DNA of 64,000 nucleotides from Plasmodiophora brassicae (Eukaryota): NCBI GenBank assembly GCA_036867785.1, contig CP145415.1, positions 806,001 to 870,000 of the forward strand, read 5' to 3'. Shown piece by piece: positions 36,747 to 45,406 of this stretch (position 1 is its first letter; each line of letters starts with the position of its first letter). The notes under the pieces were generated by a model. It saw only the letters and a program-made list of their open reading frames with translations, ran no database searches and was not told where the DNA came from. The position numbers and the translations under genes were made by a program.

Positions 36747-37616
36747 ATGGACGGTCGTCTGCAGGTCGTCCCGTCGACAACGCCGAACGCGGTCCCGGAT
36801 CTGCTGGCGTTCCTATCGGGGAACAATGGCGGCACCGGGCGGTTCGCGCTGTTCGTCGGCGGTCTGACTGACGGCCTGATGGCGTGCCAGTCGTACGTAC
36901 CGGCGCTGCAGGGCGCCCTGGAGCAACAGTGCCAGTGCACGCTGGTGCAATGCCAGCTGCGGTCAGCCGGCGTCGCATTCGGCGCCGTCTCCATTGCCGA
37001 CGATGTCGCGGACATCGGCGACATCACGAAATGGCTGGTGCGGACGCACGACGCGCGGTCGATCATTATCATCGGGCATTCGACCGGGGCGCAGGACGCC
37101 GCCGCGTTCGCTAAGGCTGGCGCCGAAGATCGCCTGCACGGGATCGTCCTGCAGGGGCCTGTGTCCGATCGTCTGCTACTGGAATCGTCGCCGTCGACGA
37201 ACGTCAAGGAGAACCTGGCGGTTGCGCATGCGATGGTCGAACGAGGCGAAGGACGCGAGTTCATGTCCAGGGACGTGTTCGATGACATTGCGATGACCGC
37301 CGAACGGTACGCGTCGTTAGCGGGACGGATGACGCCCGACGACCTATTCAGCAACGACCTGTCGGACGAAGAGCTCGGGCAGACGATCGGGACGATACCG
37401 GTGCCGTCGTTGTGGGCGTTCTCGATGGCGGACGAGTACGCGACGATCGATCAGAGCGCCCTGGCCGCACGCGTCCTGCAGATCGTGTCCCGATCCCGGG
37501 TCGTCCTCATCGAAGGCGCCAATCACAGCCTGTCATCAGCACCGCAACACGCTCTGGCATTCGTCGACGCCGTCGTCCACTTTGTCAACGACGTGTATCA
37601 AACTGGATATTCCTAA
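36747..37616 (+). CDS. DUF1749/UPF0613 alpha/beta hydrolase, single open frame
   Basis: LFVGGLTDGL, GHSTGAQD nucleophile elbow, LQGPVSDR, DDLFSNDLSDEEL, DEY, GANH. Confidence 0.92.
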   Translation: MDGRLQVVPSTTPNAVPDLLAFLSGNNGGTGRFALFVGGLTDGLMACQSYVPALQGALEQQCQCTLVQCQLRSAGVAFGAVSIADDVADIGDITKWLVRTHDARSIIIIGHSTGAQDAAAFAKAGAEDRLHGIVLQGPVSDRLLLESSPSTNVKENLAVAHAMVERGEGREFMSRDVFDDIAMTAERYASLAGRMTPDDLFSNDLSDEELGQTIGTIPVPSLWAFSMADEYATIDQSALAARVLQIVSRSRVVLIEGANHSLSSAPQHALAFVDAVVHFVNDVYQTGYS

Positions 37617-37721
37617 CAGGCGACGTCCCAGCCAGCGATACCGCCCCCTTCAAACGCGAAGGACCGCAATGTACATTTCCGTCAAATGGTTCAGGACAAT
37701 CACGTCTGTACTGACCACAGA

Positions 37722-37997
37722 TTAATGCTTGCGTGGTTGGTTCAAGTTCGCCTTCGCGACGCCTGCGTGTGCAGGCCGGATCTTCGCGGGTTTGCCGTCG
37801 TCGCGTGCCCTGTATTCGACGACGGGTCGCGGTCCCTCGGGGATATCGGGAATCGCGCGCAGCGCCTCGACGATGGGTACCGGGGCACCTGGCGCCTCGG
37901 GTGCCGGTTCATGATGGTAATGCTTGACCTGCGGCACGCGCGCACCGCCCGCCTTCCGCGCCTTGGTGATCAGCTCGACCGGTTCCGCGTCCGACAT
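37722..37997 (-). CDS. DAP: Death-associated protein 1 (DAP1/DAPL1)-like small disordered protein
   Basis: N-terminal KAGGARV (cf. KAGGMRI) and C-terminal LNQPRK (cf. IQQPRK); 91 aa, Pro-rich. Confidence 0.7.
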   Translation of the reverse strand: MSDAEPVELITKARKAGGARVPQVKHYHHEPAPEAPGAPVPIVEALRAIPDIPEGPRPVVEYRARDDGKPAKIRPAHAGVAKANLNQPRKH

Positions 37998-38159
37998 TGT
38001 CCAAATCCAATGCGGTGGTCCGTTGCCAGCGCGCCCTCCGCGTCAGTGACGGGCGGGGCAAGCAGCGACTGGCGAGCGGCGACTGTGAGGCCGGCTGGGC
38101 TGCAGCCCCCCGTCGTCCTGGATCTCAAAATAGACCGCAATCGACAGGCGATTTGAGTT

Positions 38160-38445
38160 GGACGGACGAGCAACGCTTGCACAGGATGCGGGGCACCTGC
38201 TCTTCTCGGGCGCCGGTGCAGGCGCTGCTTGAGGATGCGGTTGTGGTGGAGGCGGCACAGGTTGATCAGGTTCGAGCTGACGCAAGTTGCTCCTGAGGAC
38301 CCAGGCTGGCTGCACGATGCCTTGCAGAACGTTGCCGAGAAGCGTCACGCCGGCCTTCCAGCATAGTATCACAGCAGCGATTCCGGGGTCTTGTCTTCCG
38401 AGAACCGCACACTGTCGCCCGTCTTCCTAGTCAGACCGGACAGGC
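38160..38445 (-). pseudogene. Frameshifted 3' fragment paralogous to the 14713-15382 gene
   Basis: WKAGVTLLGNVLQGI..LRSNLRQLEP..QxHPQA shared; 5' exons absent and the C-terminal hydrophobic tail is disrupted. Confidence 0.8.
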
Positions 38446-38925
38446 TATGCTTCATTCAGGAACTAGACGAGTGGGTGACCAGGTAGTTGCAGTGGGTAAG
38501 TTAGAAGCCGCTGTATGGTTTCGCTTAATCGGACCCCTTTCCCATTGTGGGTTGAAACGACGGTTGTTTGCTAATTAAGCCGAATATTGTAGGTATATAC
38601 ATGCTGGCCCACGAGTTCACCCCATTGGACAACCACTCACGTAATACTAAAAGGTGTAAACTTCGGATGGTGTACACGTTGAGTGGCCATTTATTTGTTG
38701 CTTGCTGGTCACATGCTCGGCAGCCATGTTCGCTAGCCTGGACGTCCCCGCGAATGCAGGAAGGACACATTCCGCAAAGCAAATCGACAGAGATGAACAT
38801 AGGCACGATTGCGATATGTCAGAGCTTTTCAGATGATAACTTCCATGTATTTCTGTTTTGACTGGTAGCGTCACCGTGTTTCAGTGCTCTTTCAACGTTT
38901 GTGCGGTACGCTCCCTTCCGGCTCG

Positions 38926-40032
38926 TCAGTACCCATAGCGCCGAGGATCTAACGCGTCACGGATGGTCTCGAGACCAGGAACGTCGTCGACCAGATCCAC
39001 TGGCCTCTCTTCCCAATTGTTCTGTATACGGATGGCAGCGACCATTGGACGAATGAGCTTCTCGACCCACATTTGCTTGTGGGCCTCCTCATCTTCCCGG
39101 CTTCCTGATCCCCGAAACGCCGACCTATATTCAAATAAGTATCTTTGTCGCATGCTGAAGCCACTCGTGTCGACTCACACGGCAGCTCGGGCGATCAGGT
39201 GCAATGCCGTGTCGCCATTGCCGTCCTGCACCTCGGTCGATGCACCCGCTCGAATCATGTCGGAGACGATGGAGCCCAACGTCCCCAGACTACAATCGAG
39301 AGCCGCCATTCCGCAGCCTCTGCAACAATCGCTGTTATTGGGTTGTCGCTGTTACTGGGTTGCCTGGGAGCAGCAGCACCTGAATGGTGCCATGCCACTT
39401 ACGTGGCTGTGTCCTGCCAGTAACCGATGAGGGAATGCAACGGCGCCCTCCCGCGCTCGTTCTGTATGTTGATGAAGTTCCCGTCCGCGCCGCTAACCAA
39501 ATAGTCGAGGATTCGCATCTGGTCCCGCAGCATTGTGGCAAAACACTCTGGCCTATGCGGTTAGTCGTTAAGTAGGGCTTTGATCCTCAGTTACGCGTCA
39601 CGTATACCGAAAACGATACCCTCCAGTAGCGAACACGTTAATAAAACTGTTCAGGGCTGTGTTTCCTTGCGCATCGACAATATCGTGTGGGACGCGATCG
39701 TTCCCGTCGGCGCAAAGGAGGCGCAACAACTCGCCCGTCTGAAAGTAGTAGTTGTGCAGGGCCGAGGACGTGTATGGTTCTTGGTATTCCGAAACGAGTT
39801 CAGGCAAACGACGATGCAGAATCGACGCGATCACATGCAGCAACGTCAGTTCGGACGAAGTGGCGGTGCTGCTTTTATGCAACGGGTGCACTGATCCCAG
39901 GACCGGTCTTTGACATTGAAGAACGCGTCTGATCAGATCACCAATGTCACGCTTGTCGCTGACGCGCATCTTTGCCGCATTCGTGAAGCCGACCAGCAAG
40001 CCCACGGCTAGGACCGCCCCCCAGCACGCCAT
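38926..40032 (-). pseudogene. Paralog of the secreted ankyrin gene (13077-14179) with a premature stop in exon 3
   Basis: Same signal peptide and intron positions; TGC (Cys) of copy 1 is TGA at 39175-39177; downstream sequence still aligns in frame. Confidence 0.8.
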
Positions 40033-40644
40033 AATGCAGAATGATCAGCAAGGGTTCTCCGCACCTGGTCTGATGACAGGCCAGCGGGGTCTGGGGAGGA
40101 GGCGACTGGCGGTAGGTATCCCTATCCCCGTCTATATTTAGTCACAGTATTGTAGTCAGGACCAGCCAGTCCCAGTCCCCTGTCTGGGCCCCTAATTTCC
40201 CCGACGTGCTTGGGCTCCTTTTCGCCAGACTTGCACGATGACGTGTTTGACGCGTGGTACACGCTGCGTGCTTGCTGATTCTTGCCGCTCAAGGGTCGTT
40301 GTGATTAACCGACGACACACGTCGCACCATCGAGGGTGTCACCAGTGACGCCGGCGCTCGCTCATTCGCAATGCTGCTGGCCTCAATAGGTACATGGAAC
40401 AAGTGTGAACTCGTCTTCAGTCGCCATACCAGCGTATCAGAAGCCACGACAATATGTTTTATGCTCGCCCTTGCCGGACCACGGGGCAAACGGCTGCCTG
40501 CTCATGCACCACTGGGACCCCGGTCCCCGGTTTGAACCGGGAACCGGGGCCACCTGCACGGGCTCACAGCCTGGGCGCACTCGCCGCTCGATTCCGATGC
40601 CAGCTGCAGACCGGGCTGCCAACTGGGCCAGAGAGCGGAGTCGA

Positions 40645-40899
40645 ACGGCGAGTGCCACGCTGTGAGCCCAACGGCACCGACGGCCTGGTGCGTCAGGAAC
40701 TGCAACCACGACCCGCCGAACTGCCCTGACTCCGGACTTGTGCTCCGACGACTGCGAGCTGTACCACGCGTTCGGCCCCGTCACCACGGCCTGGTGTCGC
40801 GCCAACTGCTCCCAATCCCATGACCTGCCGTTCTGCCCGCCTGGCCTATGGTCCTCCAACTGCATGCCTGCGTATGTGCCGCTGCCCACTAACGCTTGA
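40645..40899 (+). pseudogene. Decayed paralog of the Cys-rich secreted peptide (12014-12316)
   Basis: GECHAVSPTAPTAWCVRNCNHDPPNCP, then a 4-nt insertion frameshift; signal peptide missing; ends LPTNA* like copy 1. Confidence 0.85.
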
Positions 40900-40968
40900 C
40901 CGTCAGTCGACCCACTGGACACGATCGCCGTGACTCGTAAGAGCACCCACCGATGGCGTGCCATTGTT

Positions 40969-43078
40969 TTACTCAAGGTATTGGATGGGTTGGCGGCGCC
41001 ACGGGTTATACTTGTCGACGGCGATGGCCGATGCGGATTGGTCTGTGAAATCGGGCCATCGTTGCAGGAGGCGTACGACCGTGTTGTACATCTTCGCCTC
41101 GACGGGTCGACGGTCGACGCTCTGCACGCCGTACAGGATCGCGGCGTGCCACATGTCGGTTGCGTTCACGTCGAAGAACGATTCACCCAGGATTGAATCT
41201 GCGAGTCGGCTAGCGAGGTTGACGAGGTCCGGATCACCTTTGCCGAGCTCTGGACCCATCTGGTCAAACAGCGCCAATCGGGACTGATGCACCGTCTCAT
41301 AGGCCTCCAGTTCCCATGACCCTGGACGATGTCGTCGACGGTCCATCGGTTGAAGGACGGGAAACTGTTCAACACTGCGTTGGAACGCCTCGACCATATT
41401 GTTCGGGAGGTCGTCCGCGTAGAAGATACGGGAGCAGGCACCAAATGGGAACATGTGGAACCTGGCGGCACCCGAGTAGTCCTGGTTCTGCCACTGCGGG
41501 ATCGGGCCACACATCACGATGGGCATGCGCTTCAAGTTAGCGTCGAGGAACTGTTCAATTGTGAACCCTCCAGCGACGGCGTGGAAGCGCTCCCCAGGGA
41601 ACGATACGCCTGGGTAATTCTTCGACGCGTTCCCGCGTAGGAACCACCGCCAAGTCATAAGTCCCATGCTGATGAGCCGAACATCGGGACGAACCCATTC
41701 GCACGTGTGCAGGTACGACGCCAGGTTGAAGAACAGGTCGCCATGAAGGAGGACCATTGTGTGACGTGGTAGGCGCTCCAGGAGCGCACGACCAAAGTCA
41801 TCGAGAACGGTATCGTTGTGGAAGTCAAGGGCGCTCCATCGAGCCGCACCTAGAGCGGCAACCGCTACTATGGCAGCAGGTGCCAGCTTGCGTGGGACGG
41901 CCCGAGCGAACCCGATGCCAGCTAGCACGAACAGGATCATGTTGGGCTGCATCCAGAACCGGGCGACAACGCCGGCAGTCAGTGGCGATTGTACGGGAAG
42001 GTTCGCGAACGTATGGAAGAACAGAATGTAGAAGGCGAAACAGATGACAAGTATGCGAGTAGTGACGTTCGATCGAGTTAGAACTGTGCCGACGATCGCG
42101 AGCGGGGCAACAAGCGGCGTCATTTCGCGGAAAACTGTCTCACGACAGTAAAACAGGAGCCTGGACAGGAGACCTTCAGAAGGCGACGCCAGCTCATTGG
42201 CGGCCAGCTGAAACGACCCGCCGTAATCAAGGCGCAAGATGTGGCGAAGAAGGCCACCAGGTGTCGTCAGGTCACCCCATGAATGAATGTTCCTCTCGCC
42301 TGATACGAATCCAAGCCAAACGTAAAACGGGACGAAACCGGCGGCAAACGCGACAGCCGAGCGAACCAAGACGCTGCCCTTGTAGAGCGCTGCATGCGCT
42401 GTGAGAATCAGGACGGCCACTGGAGCGATATACAGCACGGCGGCGTGGTGGTTCGACAGGGCAAGGCCGCTAGCAAACGCGGCAACAGCGAGTCGCGAAG
42501 AAGTTGGGCATTCAGAAACCCACAACGTCAAATACAGGAGCAAGGCGCAGAACGCGTTGTTCAGGGCAAAGACTTCAGGCTGGTTCGCATAGAGCCAGAC
42601 CGTCGGGGACAGCCCGAATCCAACGGCGGACAGCCACGCCGCCGAGTAACGAACCCCACGTGGCGTATTCGACGGGAGAGCCTTGGCCACGACCTGGTGG
42701 AGTAATGCGCACGCCAGCGCGGACACAACGGCCGCCAGCACGTTGAACTGGTGGACGGGGCGCATCCACGACAGCAGACGGGACCGGAGCAATGACCGCA
42801 ACATCCACGTCCATAACGGATACCCGGGCGGGTGCGGGACGCTCTACACGAGAGCATGAGCGCATGCGACACGGGCGGCCCGGGCAACGATACCGCACCT
42901 TGCTGCAGGCGCAGCGCGCGAACTCCATGGCGTCGCCGCCCGACATCCCCGCCCGCATCGTCGCCAGGTACACGGCCAGCATCGCGCCGAACACGCCCAC
43001 GCAGGACGCGGCGCCCACCCACCGTCCCACTGCATAGCGGGCCGCCTTGTTCACCCCGTCTTCTCGCGCCGCCGCCAT
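40969..43078 (-). CDS. TMEM260: TMEM260/DUF2723 protein O-mannosyltransferase (2 exons)
   Basis: YLATM..GGDAMEF..|..AHPPGYPLW, QPEVFALNN, LALSNHHAAVLY, SWGD..LRHILRLDYG..FQL, RFWMQP. Confidence 0.92.
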
Positions 43079-43234
43079 CCCGCTTCTCGCGAGGCGTCAC
43101 GTGAACGCCGTGGCTCTATTGGCGTCGGTGACCCCACGGTGGAGATGTGCCTATCCGGCGCGTACGCACCGGCCCCGGCGCGCCGCACGGTTGCCGACAG
43201 ACAGGCAGGGTGCCCTTCTCTTTTACTACAGCAG

Positions 43235-45271
43235 TCAGCAGCTGCCACTGTCGTAATCGTCGTGATTAACGATGCTGTACACGTACTTGGCGTGGCACCC
43301 GTTGCAGATGGCGATGTTGTCCCATCGGGGGTAGAAGGTCAGCGACGGGTGCGACGGCTGGCGCCCGCGCCGCATGCGCTGGATGCGGGCCTCGCGTGCG
43401 GACGCCGAGAAGAAGGTGGTCGGGCGCAGGTGGACTTCGCTCTTCCTCATGCTGCCGCACAGCTGGCAGAACCGGCGCAGGAGCGCGTCGGGCACGACCG
43501 TTATGCGGCGGCCGTCGAGATAGAACGCCGACTCCGTGTCCGGGTCCATCAGCGGGTCGTCGTCTTCGTCCCGCAGGACCAGCTTCATCACGAACCGGCA
43601 GTTGGGGATGGACGGGTTCACGACCAGGGCGCCGGTGTACCGAAGGAACACTTTCCTCTGCGAGGACAGCTTGAGCTTGGCGGCGAACAGCTTCGCGCAC
43701 GATGACCGAAGCATCCAGTACATATAGCTGCGGAAGGCGTGCCGATTCGACGCCTCGGCGTAGTACCGGGCGAGGCGGTTGTACACCTCGCCGTACGCCA
43801 TGACAATCTTCTCGAGCGTGAAGTGCCCCCAGTGGAAGAACGGGCACGGGTCGAACTCCTTGTAGACGAACCCGGCGTCCTTGATCTTCTGGCGCACCTG
43901 CAGGATGGGGGCCGTGCGACACAGGTACCGAATCTCGCAGACGTTCCCCTTCACACAGTGTCGTTGCAGGTGGGTGCCGAGGAATACCACGCCGTTGCTT
44001 TGCGAATGCACCAGCTGATGGGACGCAGGTCATGAGCACAACGCAGCGACAGCGACGGGGACGAAAGCGTACCCGGACGATATCGGTCGGGACGTCGACA
44101 GTGGACAGACCAAGAGCCCCATACAGGAACTCGATCGCACGCTTCTGCACCAGCTTGGCTTGGTCGACGGCGCCGATGATGCTGATGAGGAACTGATCGG
44201 CGTGCCGGACGTAGTTCAGCCGACGAAACGCGGGATCTTTCGTGTTCAGGTACGGCAGGCGACGCATGCGTTCGGCGACGGCCTCAATAACGTCCGGCGA
44301 GGCGCGTGCTTTCGTCAACCGGGTCTTGTAGACACGCAGAAGCGTAAATTTCGGCTGGAGCAACAAGCGAACAAGGTTAACCGAACGTGTGCTGCGTGTG
44401 ACGTCTCGAGCCTTACGTTGAGACAGCGTCGCTGACCCAGGTCGAATTCGTCTTTCAGCGACACGATGAATACGTCGAAGTGGTGAAGCAGGATGTTTAG
44501 GAGCACCGGGGCCAGGCCATTGGACGGCAAGGGCGTGTCCGATATCGAGTGTTTCGACACGTCCCTGAACTCGAACAGACCGGCGCGCAGGAATTCCCTG
44601 ATGATCGTGGTGAAGACCCGATCGGGGATAATGGACTCCAGGATCGACATGATGCGGTCGTGCGAGAGCGAACTGAGGTGCTGGCACAGGTTGCCGCTGA
44701 TCATCCACGACCCGTCCTGGAACTCGCGATCCTGGGTGGCTCGAAGCGCCGTGTGCCGCGAGAGCTTTGGGCGGAACCCGTGCGACAGGTCCAGAAACCT
44801 GGGCTCGAAGATCGTCTCAAGCACAATGGCAACGCTTTCACATACAAGGAGGTCCCGCATGATCGGCGGTAGCAGAATGCGGGCGGGCGGCGGGTCGGTC
44901 TCCTTGCGGCGCTTCCCGAATGGGTGCGGAACGTACGTGTCCCTCAGGTTGTGCGGCATGAACTTGAAATCGCCCCGGAGGACCTGGTGGATGATGTCGT
45001 CGAGGACACGGGACATGTGGTCGGGGTTGACCCTGGGCAGGTAGTTCCCTGGCTGCATCTGCAGCCGTCGAAGACCCTTCGCGAACAGCTCCCTGGACTT
45101 CAGCAGGCCAGCCAGGTCAAACGGGACGACCTCCTCGTCGCGATGCGTGCGGTAATGCTCGGCCAGGTTGTCCAACGTCGTCGGGAGCAACGCCGCGTTC
45201 TGTCGACCCAGCCCAGTCGCTTTATACACCCGCTGCGACAGCATTCGTCGCTGGAGGACTATGCGTGCCAT
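43235..45271 (-). CDS. Nucleus-encoded group II intron maturase-like protein (degenerate RT + domain X + HNH-type Zn finger), 3 exons, ~638 aa
   Basis: RT2 RDLLVCESVAIVLETIFEPRFLDLSHGFRP; RT3 WMISGNL; RT4 LAPVLLNILLHHFD; RT5 YVRHADQFLI; RT7 VFLG; X domain RYY..ASN..YWMLRSSCAKLFAAKLK..KVF; CQLCGS..EVH..CNGCH. GT-AG introns at 44355-44416 and 44015-44072. Confidence 0.93.
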
Positions 45272-45406
45272 CCCGGGAGCCACCCTGCCCCCCAAAGGCC
45301 CACACCTTTTGGTGGTGGCGATGCTACCCCACGAGGCGGGGACCGGGTCCGGGTGCATGCAGCTCCCAGTCGCGCAACGCCGTGGCCAGCCGAGAGAGCC
45401 ATTGTT

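Noticed and set aside
38450-38880. Lower-GC patch inside the duplicated block as a foreign gene
   Set aside because: ORFs are short with no motifs; could be ordinary intergenic or filler DNA
43235-45400. Active mobile group II intron, retron/DGR, or recent mitochondrial insertion (NUMT)
   Set aside because: No space or motifs for a ribozyme, ncRNA or template repeat; catalytic Asp residues lost; spliceosomal introns and nuclear-like GC content
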